Below, piece after piece: positions 12,089 through 23,300 of a stretch of DNA of 64,000 bases. The stretch is taken from NCBI GenBank assembly GCA_000182565.2, contig KQ257465.1. One strand, 5' to 3'. The position numbers were made by a program, and so were the translations under genes. The notes beneath the pieces are model-generated. The model was not told the origin of the DNA. It did no database searches and saw only the letters and a program-made list of their open reading frames with translations. The DNA comes from Spizellomyces punctatus DAOM BR117. Taxonomy: Eukaryota. The number at the start of each line of letters is the position of its first letter. The stretch's first letter is position 1.

Positions 12089-13237
12089 ATGGCTGCTCAA
12101 TTACACGCGTTTCTCACGAGTCGACCGTCAAAGATCAAGCGGGCAACCTTTTTCGCTTTATTCCTTTTTATATTTACCGTCGCATATTTCCACAACGAAT
12201 CATCAGACCGCACTATAGTGCAATATGTTCTGACGCCCAAAGGACGGAAGGCCTACGAATGGCCATTGGAGGACGGTATAATAGTGCCCAAAACTGGGCC
12301 CTCTCGTCGGCATTACTTTACCACCTGGCGGTCGCGGGAAGACAAGATTCCGATCAAACTCGATCTTACCCTTGGAACCTTCTTTTATCATCATCCTGAA
12401 GAGTCATTTCACATCTGGTCGAACACGTTGAGTAACAACTCTATCGCTTCGTATCGCGAACTGGGATACGACCTTCACATTCAACAGTATGATTTCCCGA
12501 CTCTTGCGAGACTATGCGATGTGTCGGGTAGTCTCGCTGCTTGGGCAGTAAATGGCACCTTCTTAGCACCTGGAGCCCCTCATTACAACACGCATGAATC
12601 AGATTTCCTAAAAGTGTGCATCAACTACATTTACGGAGGCCTGTATGTTGACGGGGACACATTCTTCCTGGATAGTTTTACTCCAGATGACATTCCCGCT
12701 GCTATCTTTTTTATCAGCGCGGACGAGAAACGTGGAGATCGTTGTCCTCCAGCTCCGGATCCCGTTACATGTTCCGCCCCGCATGTCAGACAGATAGAAG
12801 AAGGAGGCCGACCATATTTAGTACCTAATAGCGTTTGGTTCAATAGCAACCCCTTTGTCCTGCCCCCCAAGTCGCCGTACGCGCATGCAGTCCTCTCGAA
12901 CATGGAAGCGTTCACCGATCCACACTGTTGGAACTGTATCGGCCCGAGATCCCATTCGAAAGGTTATGCCGATCTTGTGGCGAAAGGAGACGCTTTGCTT
13001 CTTCCTCCCCTTCTCCGCTCCTGCGACAACCTGGCGGCAGAGCACATTCCGTGGGTTGCCAAGGGCCGATGGGAGGAGACTTGGGGGTTATTTTCAGCTT
13101 GCCGATGGATCCATATGTTTTCGGCTGGCCGGCCAATGGACATCAACGAAAATTCTGTGTTTGTATCATTGATGCAAACGAATTGCGTCCCTGAAATTTG
13201 TTTGAAATATATGCCAAAAACGCTGCGTAGTGGATGA
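12089..13237 (+). CDS. GT32-like DxD glycosyltransferase (alpha-1,4-Gal/GlcNAc transferase/Och1-related), type II membrane
   Basis: Intronless ORF with an N-terminal TM anchor (ATFFALFLFIFTVAYF) and the motifs YFTTW, SDFLKVCINYIYGGLYVDGD, IGPR and WIHMF. Confidence 0.82.
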   Translation: MAAQLHAFLTSRPSKIKRATFFALFLFIFTVAYFHNESSDRTIVQYVLTPKGRKAYEWPLEDGIIVPKTGPSRRHYFTTWRSREDKIPIKLDLTLGTFFYHHPEESFHIWSNTLSNNSIASYRELGYDLHIQQYDFPTLARLCDVSGSLAAWAVNGTFLAPGAPHYNTHESDFLKVCINYIYGGLYVDGDTFFLDSFTPDDIPAAIFFISADEKRGDRCPPAPDPVTCSAPHVRQIEEGGRPYLVPNSVWFNSNPFVLPPKSPYAHAVLSNMEAFTDPHCWNCIGPRSHSKGYADLVAKGDALLLPPLLRSCDNLAAEHIPWVAKGRWEETWGLFSACRWIHMFSAGRPMDINENSVFVSLMQTNCVPEICLKYMPKTLRSG

Positions 13238-13491
13238 ATATAGTGGGGGTTGTTAGGCGGTTCTGTAACTTGTAGAGTTAGGTTGAAGAGATTAGTTTTG
13301 CTTCTGTCCCAATGCGGCTCATATTCTCCCATTTTGCCCAACCCAATCTTGCTGTAAACAGATTACATTTTGGACAGTATCCTGTGCTCTTTCTATTCTT
13401 CTCGTATAAATTATGGTATCCGCATCCTGCACGGCGAAATATACCGCAGCTTATCAACAAACTAATATGCATACACTTACGGCTGCTCTCT

Positions 13492-14499
13492 TCAACATGC
13501 TGAATCTTTGAAGACAGCATGGCAGCCATCAAGTTGGAATCGCGTCTTGCAATCATGCCACCACACACTTCTTTCTCCCCAGATACTCTTGTCATGAATC
13601 CCTTTTGCTTCATTTGCCTTGCCCAGAAACTTTTCAGCATACTTAAAGCAGCCACAATTGAAGTCCCCATCGTAATCCGCCCAATATCTGTCCAATCCAT
13701 ATAGCCACGTCCCTACCATTAAATCTTCTATCTCATATACTTTCAGTTCCTCCGCATTTCGGCCGATAAATCGTACCAGATCCCATCCTACCATGTATGC
13801 AGCACCGACGCCGTATGGGTGTGTTTTTATCACTGTGCCACGAGTGTCTTGCACAAAGAGCGGATCGTAGAACTTGTGTTTGGGATCTTGAGGCAGCTCC
13901 GCATTCCACAATGTACCCCCATATATCCTCCTTCTTTTTTCCTTTGGCACTTCGGATACGGCTTTGGCCAAGCGATTTAGGCAAAGCACAACGTCATCAT
14001 CAGTTTTGATGAGGAATTCCATCGACGTGAACTTTTGTGAGAGGTAGATAAAAAGTCGACGCATCTTCTCCCCAAGATGCTTGTATCCGCTAGGAGTATT
14101 CAGATAGAGGACATCCCCCTCCCAATGTGTTTGTTTTGACGTGTCTACTATAAAGATCCAGTTGAACGGTACGGTGGTTGACGTATTTGCCCCCGGTTCC
14201 GGTATACTGAGAGAGTTTTGGTATCGCCTCCACCAACGGCGACCATATTCCCGTCGAAGCATTCCAGCTTCATCATCAGTGCTTAGAACCGCAATGATCA
14301 CGCCGCCGTTTGACCTGTCCAGATGTTTTGGAAGGTTCCCGTTGAGTGAGTTAATCAGCGCAAAAGATTTCAGGGCTGACGCAAGGAAGTTGAGACTAAT
14401 GACAGCACTGACGAAGATGGCCAAAGAAATCAGAATCTTGTGCCTTGACCGGTATGTGAAGAAGCTGTAACCTGTTGGCTTGAGGGCTGGACGGTACAT
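13492..14499 (-). CDS. GT31-like beta-1,3-galactosyltransferase, type II membrane
   Basis: Intronless ORF from the ATG at 14499 with a TM anchor (ILISLAIFVSAVISLNFLASAL) and the motifs IIAVLS...RR, GDVLYL...YKHLGEK, FLIKTDDDV, PYGVGAAYMV and IEDLMVGTWL. Confidence 0.88.
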   Translation of the reverse strand: MYRPALKPTGYSFFTYRSRHKILISLAIFVSAVISLNFLASALKSFALINSLNGNLPKHLDRSNGGVIIAVLSTDDEAGMLRREYGRRWWRRYQNSLSIPEPGANTSTTVPFNWIFIVDTSKQTHWEGDVLYLNTPSGYKHLGEKMRRLFIYLSQKFTSMEFLIKTDDDVVLCLNRLAKAVSEVPKEKRRRIYGGTLWNAELPQDPKHKFYDPLFVQDTRGTVIKTHPYGVGAAYMVGWDLVRFIGRNAEELKVYEIEDLMVGTWLYGLDRYWADYDGDFNCGCFKYAEKFLGKANEAKGIHDKSIWGERSVWWHDCKTRFQLDGCHAVFKDSAC

Positions 14500-15789
14500 T
14501 CTTGGAGAATAAAAGAGGAGGAACCAGCCAAACACGCGCGTAAGGCCAATCCAGAGACGCGTCGACGCGTCCAACCCAAGTCCAAGTTATGCGCCAGCCA
14601 TCTCCAACTTGACTCGAGAATTGCGAGGTTGTCCACAGCCTGACATGGAATTGGGATGGCTAGTTATTGCATATACATTGCGCACATGTTTTTAGTTTAG
14701 TGAATCTATCCAGACGTTTTGGCTCCATCGCATGCTCTCCGTCATGAAGGACGTTGTCCGATGCCAGCTCAAGAGTTACTGTTCGATTGCACTGCGCATT
14801 GAAGGAAAGCGGCGAAGTTGTTAATCTCGGCCTGAAATCTACGTGGATCTTTTCACTGGCGTGCGCGCAGCGAAGCATCCCGTTCGTTATCAACATTCAG
14901 GATACTGTTGTCGGTAATGACAAGCTACCGAGACCAACGAAATAAGTAAATATTGACAAAAGAGCCCTTGGGGGTACTTGTTTGAAACATGATCTTGCGG
15001 CTATCATCCGATGTTTGTAATGCCCGCTAACAGTCATCATACACCATTTGCAAGACTGGACTCCATGGGGCTCTTGCAGTGCAACAAGGGTACACCATTG
15101 TCGTGATAGCTTTGACCGCATCGACATCGGTGGGGACCGCCAGTAGCTCTCCTTTTGCCGTGAGGACTTAATGTAACAGTACAAACAGCAACAAAGGGCA
15201 GTTGTTGCGCATCAGAAACATTGCTGAGAGCCAGTTAAAATGCATTGACACGTCTAAAGGTGACTGTGAACCCTATCGCGCAACGGCGCTTGGGCACCGC
15301 TGTAGCTTCTTCTGTTAGATTGCATACTAATATGATCCACCCTATTGTTTCGCTGAACCTGAATTGAATATCCTTGTTATGGTGCATCTGGACTCAACCT
15401 ATTCACGTTGCGGACCCAATCGCCGTGAGACGGAGGCCAACGCTGTGTATGGTACAGAATAGGTAGAGATCAATCTTCTCAATGAATAGAGCTTTCAATA
15501 TCTTCAGCTAATGTCTTGAGTGCGTTGTTGCAGCATCTGCAAAATATGTTATTCTTATCCGCGAGCCTTGCGGATTTCATGCTCATCAGCGGAATGCTGC
15601 TGATGTAATACTAATTCATCCTATTAAGGAAACTGTGATATCCGCTTACCTGCCTTTCTTGGATTCATATTACCTTTCTGAACTAAATGTCGGGTTACGT
15701 AAGGCAGATCGGTCGTGTCGCGTTCAAACACGACATGGCTCGGACGCGTTCACCAGTCCTGGTGAACTGTTCCTGCATCGAGAGACGGC

Positions 15790-16971
15790 ATGGGTCAACG
15801 ACCAGCGTACCATCTTTTGGAAGGTCATTCTATTCGAATTCTGCCTCGTTCGAGGCTGCTTCTCCGGAAACATGCTCTCGTACTCTTTGCGGCATTTATA
15901 CTCACCTGTTGCCTGGTCTACCATGCATCATTTTCTGCTGGACGTATCTCTATCAAGCACAATTGGTCTCTTTCCGGCACTGATGAAATCATTTCGCAAC
16001 TCCCTTCTCAATCACCGGTCACCATCATAACCGCGTTTTTTCCGTTAAAATCTAAACATTCGACTTCAAGTTACAACCAATGGCTTCGCAATTTCATGAC
16101 GAAAGTTTCTGGCCCCATGATTGTGTATACCACTCGATCATATGCTTCTCAGATTGCGACCCTACGAAAGGGATTCGAGCATTTGACGACTGTGATTGCA
16201 GATTTTGACAGCATATGGGAACTACCACCGAATCGAAACTATAGCGACATTTACGCCGATCAACATAAAATGGATCCTGAAAAACATCATCACACCCCTT
16301 CTTTGTATGCGGTCTGGGCGGCAAAATTATGGATGGTGGTTCAAGCGACAGAGTTGAATCCGTTTAATAGCAGCTATTTCTTTTGGGTTGATGCAGGTTC
16401 ATTTAGGGATAGGGCGCATCCTTATCGTCTTTGGCCAGATCCCTTCACTGTTGACGAGATATGGAAAGGTGGTGGACCAGAGCGACGCAAAAGTCCTATC
16501 GTAGGATTAATTAACTCATGGGGCTCGCTCAATCAGTTCGAAAACGTTCACGAATCTGAGCCAGATAGTCTCTTGGACCAAACGGCCGACCGAATAGAGG
16601 GGGGTTGGTTTGGCGGGCCCATAGAGGCGATAACGTGGTGGGCCCATGAATTCTATCGCTTGCGGGACAAATACGCGGAAATGGGCAAATTCATTGGCAA
16701 GGTAAGTATCAAAAGGTTCACTGACTTCACCTCAAAGAGATATTAAGAGCATATGGGCTATCTATAGGATCAACTAGTGCACAATGCCATCGCTCTTTTG
16801 AACCCTCAGAGAGTTTTGGTGCTGGAAACCTATAAAAATGCAAATCTGCCGACATGTAAACTGGATCCATGGTTTGCGTTCCAAAACTATCTAGCTCATG
16901 AATCTGAACGCGTCCGGGGTTGTCCTCACACCCCCGCTCTTTCATTAGATGAGGCGATGGGCACATCATAA
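15790..16971 (+). CDS. HtrL/YibB-like putative glycosyltransferase with N-terminal TM anchor, 2 exons
   Basis: TM anchor HALVLFAAFILTCCLVY and the motifs VTIITAFF, MDPEKHHH...LYAVWAAK, NPFNSSYFFWVDAGSFR, IEGGWFGG, FIGK|DQ and WFAFQNYL. The intron is 16702-16767. Confidence 0.75.
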
Positions 16972-17172
16972 TGTTAGATAATACAGATAGCTATCAAATA
17001 AGGGGCTCCAGCACTGACAGGAAAGCCAGAAAGTAGGCAGGAAAGGTATTAGCCAGTCACGGTTACGATACAGCGAGGTCACATGTCCACACCAGCTTAT
17101 ATTTACGCAAGCAGCAAAGTACAATGTTAGCTTTCAGCCAAGATCTTTGTCTAGTTCATTGCTTCATCCATT

Positions 17173-18641
17173 TCACGTTTTCCAATGGCATTGGCTATGA
17201 TCTGAATCGGTTCGATCACAAAAATAAGTGATGAGTTACGCAAATCATCGACAATCTTTCTCCAGCGTACTTACGCAGATAGCCTGGCATCTCCTTCAAA
17301 TATCGTGCAGCCTCGGCCCATTTCCCACCTTTGACTTCCTTCGATAATATTCGCAAGGTTGCGTACATGCACGGCTCTCCCAAGGCTGATCCCCAGTATC
17401 GCACCTTGAGAATTTCCGTTGCTGTCGTAATGCGCTCATAAAGATGCATAACAGTCAGATACGGCAGTCCGGTCCACGCCGCCGCAATTTGACCATATGA
17501 GGATCCCAAGGTGACGATCCGATGATCACAATGCATCAGCAAACCCATATCCCACAACCCGTCTGCCAACGATCCGCCTGGGTTATTGTTTTCGTTCGTG
17601 GATACCACGTCAATAGGCGTGTATATCACACGATGTTTTCCCAACATTGACGACAGCTCCTGGCGCGCCGAGGGAGAGTCTGCAGCCACAAAGAACCGGA
17701 TATCATCTAGCGCAACACCAGATTGCATTGCCACTTGAAGAGCAACATCTGCATATGTTCTGATCTGTGGCACTGTTTTCTCGTTTTTCAAACGCCGTAC
17801 GTGGATACCGATCGTATACTTTCCAAAATGTGAATACTTGAAAGAATGCACTTTGGCCATAATATCGCTGTGTATGCTGATAAATCGCCGCATAACGTGA
17901 TAAAATATGCGGCCATCCGGGAACCATTCTTGCAAGATGGCCCGGTAATGTGGATTTGCTTGCAGAAGAGGGGCTGAATAATCAAAGCCGCGGACCCCCC
18001 ATATCCGGTGAGCTCCATAAACCTCGTTCAAGTCACTCGTAGCCAAAGTCAGCCATGTTCTATCCCGATCATGATTCCCGTGTTCGAGAATGTAAATGAA
18101 AGTGCTTTCAGCGGACGAGGTTAGTTTGCTCTCGTACTTTGACCAATTGAGCTCGATTTTGGATTCAAAGAGTTCTGGGAGCTTTTTGTAGTCCTGCGGA
18201 AGACATTGAAGGCTATGAGCAACTAGTTACCCAGTTGACCACCCCTTGCCCACTTACAACTAACAGTACTCGTCCTGTAAGCAACGCTACCAGCATTCCA
18301 TTTAAGATTTGAGGTATATTGTTTCCAAGGCCTGCCTGTAGAAACTCCACCTTGACGAACGCTGTATCGGCATCCTCTAGATTCCTTAAAGCCCGCTCAT
18401 GCCGTTGGATGTACGCGTCAAACACATGGTCAAATGTCTTTTGCTGCGGTTGAGAGCGATTGGCTTGAGGAATGTCGCTGAGAAGAAAGACCTTTTCTAG
18501 GCCTTGTCGAGCGTATAGTTGGGATGTTATAGCAACAGAACGGGAAAAGAGAACCAGGCCGAGGAAGATTGACACGGTCACTGCGCCAAGTAGGAATAGT
18601 CGCTTTTTCCGGCGAGATCTACCGTCCACAATGAGGAACAT
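17173..18641 (-). CDS. GDP-fucose-dependent fucosyltransferase, GT37-like (GT11/23/37 superfamily), type II membrane, 3 exons
   Basis: TM anchor after RRKKR and the motifs AGLGNNI...ALLTGRVLLV, IGIHVRR, FFVAADS, DMGLLMHCDHRIVTLGSSYG and EPC. Introns are 18257-18194 and about 17274-17202. Confidence 0.8.
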
Positions 18642-19214
18642 GGGTATCTAATTAAGGCAGACTTCAACCAAGAAGCAGCGCTCACATGCGTTCAGATCGG
18701 GTTCAGATCATGTAGAGACGCGGACGCGCTCCACGTTCGTCAGCAAGTTGGCGTGTCATTTATCACCCAGAACAGTGCTTCCATTCTTTCACCTGAGCCC
18801 ACAATGTTCGCGTGCGATACTGCAATCGAGCCCGACAACAGCCATGCAGCTACCTACTCCTAAAGCACCTACCCTATTTATCAGAAACGTCTTTTGCACT
18901 GCTCCCATTTATTGACGGTAGTTATCATTTCAAAAACTTGTGAGATCATCAAGAACCCTATTCATCTGCAGTGAAAGCTACCAAACGCCTTTCATGCAAC
19001 ATTTCGAGTATTCAGCAAGTAATGCAAGAACAGCGCTATTCATTTATTCATCCCTTGGTGGTCCGTATGCCTTAACCTTCTTCCAAACCAGCAGCTCAGC
19101 ACCAGACCGCAAAGCGCATGTGAGATCACGTGTCCATTGCGGCCACTTTGGAGTGATGACATCCCTTCGAGCCCCGGTTTTTGGAGCGATTTGCGACTCT
19201 TTGAAAAACATCAA

Positions 19215-20092
19215 ATGGCAGAATTACGAAGGAAATTAGTTATCGTAGGAGATGGTGCGGGCGGTAAAACGTCACTGCTGATACGGTACTCGAAGAACCA
19301 CTTTCCAGAGGTAGGTCATCTGAAGAGGATCTACAGGTGTATCCGTGCTTGCCGACTCTCACTTGAAATCCTTCCGGTTGTTAACACTTTACTATATTCT
19401 CTCTCCCACAGGAATATGTTCCGTAAGTTTTTACGCAGTAGAAGAGCATGTGCTGAGCAAGCGCTGGGAGGCGAGCGTGGCGGAGAGGAAGGTTCCCACT
19501 AATGGTGCTGACCCCAACTTTATTTCACTAGAACTGTCTTCGAAAACTATGTAGCCGACGTTGTCGTCGATAACCGCCACGTAGAGCTGGCCCTCTGGGA
19601 TACAGCTGGCCAGGAAGATTATGATCGACTCCGCCCCCTCTCATACTCCGACTCCCACGTCATCCTCATTTGTTTCGCTATTGACTCCCCTGATTCGCTC
19701 GACAATGTGGAAACCAAGTGGATTACCGAAGTCCTCCATTTTTGTGCAGGACTACCAGTTGTACTTGTGGGTTGCAAGAAGGATCTCAGGAACGATGCCA
19801 GAACGAGAGAAAACCTGGCCAGAGTCAGGCAATCTCCTGTGACTCCTGAACAAGTATGCGAATGCGTGAATTTTCGATGGCTGCTGATGTTATTTCCAAT
19901 TGCTGATGGCTAATGTGCACCCAGGGATATGCCATGGCACAGAAAATTGGTGCTTATCGGTACCTCGAATGCAGTGCAAAGACCGGAGAAGGGGTCACCC
20001 AGATATTTGAACACGCCACCCGTGCCGCGCTGGCCGTGACCGGAAAGAAGAATAATCATAAAAGGAAGAAGGAAAAGTGTATTTTCTTGTAA
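19215..20092 (+). CDS. RHO1: Rho1/RhoA-family small GTPase
   Basis: [61 protein letters not shown] and C-terminal CAAX (CIFL). There are 4 exons, including an 11-nt microexon at 19412-19422. Confidence 0.92.
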
Positions 20093-20318
20093 AGGCGAAG
20101 CAACCTTTCAATCCATAGATAGTCCTGGTGAAAATCGAAAGATGATCCTAATCCCAGTTGTGGAATTGGCTCTGCTACGAGCATGGAGGCGGGTTGACTT
20201 GAGTAGTGTCAGATTGGCGTTTCTTTATTTGCTTGCCTCTCTTTTCTTTAGTGCACCTCTTTGTACAGTGTGAAATAAAACTAGCGCGCATGGCTTTGTG
20301 AACAAACCAGGTTCATTC

Positions 20319-23300
20319 TCATTCTAAGCCTTGAAGCTCTTTTCGTGCCAAGTTTGCAATTTCGCGCCGTTCGGCAAGCCAAGCGCTAAAGTCTATCAAT
20401 TTGCTCGCTTTTTCCGCAATGTGAGCTACTCCCGTAATGGCGCTGTAGCCCTCCTTTTCCACTTTCTCCACTTCTCCTGCCAGATCAACTCCTTGCAGTC
20501 TTCCTTCCCAGCCAGCCCATATCTCCAGAAGATAATCCGCAAACACTATCAAATAGAAATACCTCACCAAGTAATTGCATCCGACCTCAAACAAATTCTG
20601 TCTCTTGGCGCTCTTCTCGCCAAGGGCTTCTATTCGCAACTTGTAGTCGTAAATGGCCCCTCGAAGATTTTGAATATGCTCACACGTATCAATGGCAATA
20701 TCCGTCAAGCGTTTGGCAAGCTTTCCATAAGACAGTACTGCAACAAGCTGCAGGATCATCTTATACTCTCCATTTTGATATCGCTGACGGATGACGTCAC
20801 TCTCTACGCTCGTCAACGGGATGTCTTCTGTTTCGTAGATCTGCCCAGGGTTCGAGATCAACGTGCTATTCCCAACGATCATTTCCATTAAGCAGGTGAT
20901 TATCATCCCAGTTGTTGTTCGGCCACGACTAGGTTCACCAAGTAAGAATTGGAACCTACGAACACCAAATATTGATGACGTACCCCATTTGGCAATTAAA
21001 CATTATGTCCGTGCTTTCTGTAACTCTGGTGAGGCGCTCCACTAGGCGATCAAACACGTCCGGAATCGGTGCTTGCTCATCCGTACTACACATAAGCAAC
21101 GACGGGAAAGGGATCTTAGTCGTTCGCTATGTAATGTCATCGTTGGAATGCTTACATGGGTAAACGTAGGTAGTCCACTCGATAACCCTCCTCTTGAATT
21201 GAGCGGTATACCTCTAACGGAGTTTGGACGTCTTCTTCTTTTACTGTTTCCCAAACAGGCTACACAGTATAATTAGTAAAGCCAGAAGGAGTTACTTGCG
21301 AATTGAATTTACACAACTGACCACAATCGAAAATCCTTGGCTGTCAGCCTCTTCTTCATGTAGTAGCATCCGCCCTCCGTATTTTTTAATCTCCGCAATA
21401 GCATCCAACTTCATCTGATATTCCATCATCTCCACGCGCTCGTGCGTTATACCGGTAGCCTCCAGGTTCTGACAAACGCATGTTAATCAAATGCTGGCCG
21501 GTATGATACAAACAGAGCGCGAACCTTCATAGGGTCTTGGAAAAGCCGTAAAACATAAGGTCTCCCTGTAATAATAACAGGCTTCAATTCCATCCGCGCT
21601 ACGCTGTTGCAAATTTTTGAAGTACCATTGATATACAAGACTGGTTCCTCTCGTAAACTTGTCCAGACCAATTGCCTTACGCCGTGAGGAGAGGCGCCCA
21701 CCTTGTGCAGCACAGTTCTTATAGCGGTCTTCGTTGGCATGCCGATCCCATACACTGCTGATGCGCGATCGGTGTCAGCGCCGAAGGCTTTCCCTTGCAT
21801 GCAAATGCCACGGACATTAGGAAGGGGTATTCGACGATAGTTCGGTGCACCTAGGTTGCCAAACATGAGCATTAGGTATCTGTACAGCACATCGTCTAAA
21901 TCATACCATCTATCCGCTCTGTTAAGGAAAGCTTCTGTGCCCCTGGAAACATGTCATACTAAGAGAGGTATCAGTATGCATTGACAGATCTGGAAGATCT
22001 GATTACCAAGACCGTACCTTCAAGATGGTATTCTTGCCCATTACCGCACCGTTCCGCTGACTAACTACCTCCAGGACTTCCGACGACAGTGCAAGCCCAT
22101 CCCCGGGGTCCATCTGCTCAACCGGGAGAATCGCATCCATACCATTCTCCAGTTCCATAGCCTGCTTCATTCCTTTGAATTCTGCATGAGAATCCAGCCA
22201 AAGAGTGAAACTCTCGAGTTCAACCCCGAAACCGGGCTCATTTTGATCCAAGTATGCCTTGAAAGCAATAAGAAGGAAATATCGTTTCAGGTTAAGCACA
22301 CCTTTTGCGATGGCGTTGGCTTTGGTTTGCTCGTCTGTGGCGTGCTCCGCCTTGAGTCTGAAATCAGATGAATCCGATGTCATTACCATTTGCGTTCACT
22401 GCGACCATAGAGAGAGACACAGATTTTACGCTACCTGAATTCCTCAATAGCGTCTCTCAGATTATATTGCTGGCCGCAGGCATCGATAAACTCATCTACT
22501 ACTCGCTTGCACTCTAAGCCGTTGCGAATCACTCGGAGCAGCGAGTGTATGATCGCATAGTTAAGGGGCGGTTTGACAGGAGTAGGAATTTCTGGCTTTA
22601 AACCTTTCAGCCAGTTCAACACGAGACACGCCACAACTAGCACCAACTGATTTTAACATCATCGCTTCGAGCGCAATACACTAGTGCACAAACAATACCT
22701 GTTCCAGTTGTCGATCGGCCCATGCCAATTTGGCAGTTCCTGGTGTTATGAATGAGGCTTTGGGGATCTCAACTGAATGAGTGACATTGAATAGCACTCA
22801 CACCACAAGCGCCGTATTTTTCGGATCAACTTCGCAGATGATTCTCCTCAGATCATCAAAGTCAGTGGTTCCAGGTGGAGTCTCGGCTGTGACGGGAACC
22901 CGCCAATAGGCGAATTCAATGTCCCTGTCCCGGTAATCTTCCTTGCCTTCGGCTTTTACTAATTCGAAGACCTCTTTAAGAGTCAGTACGTTCGAGGGAT
23001 GACAGTCCTCCCATTGCGCAACAACATCCCCGTTTGGCGTTTCGTTATGCAGAAGGATTTGATTCTCATATGTTTCAAGCTCGGACTGATGACAAAATAT
23101 TAGGGAACACAGAATTTCCTGAGAAATCTGGCAGGTTGATAGCATACCAATGTGTCCATTTTCAGTCGGGCTTCCATCAGCTCAAGGCGATTCGACGTTA
23201 TACCCGAATATGACTTTATGTTACGAAGAGTGACGTACTCGTCTCGAAGGACATAGGGTATGCCATTGATATATATGAGAGGCTCCTCCCGAAGATTTAT

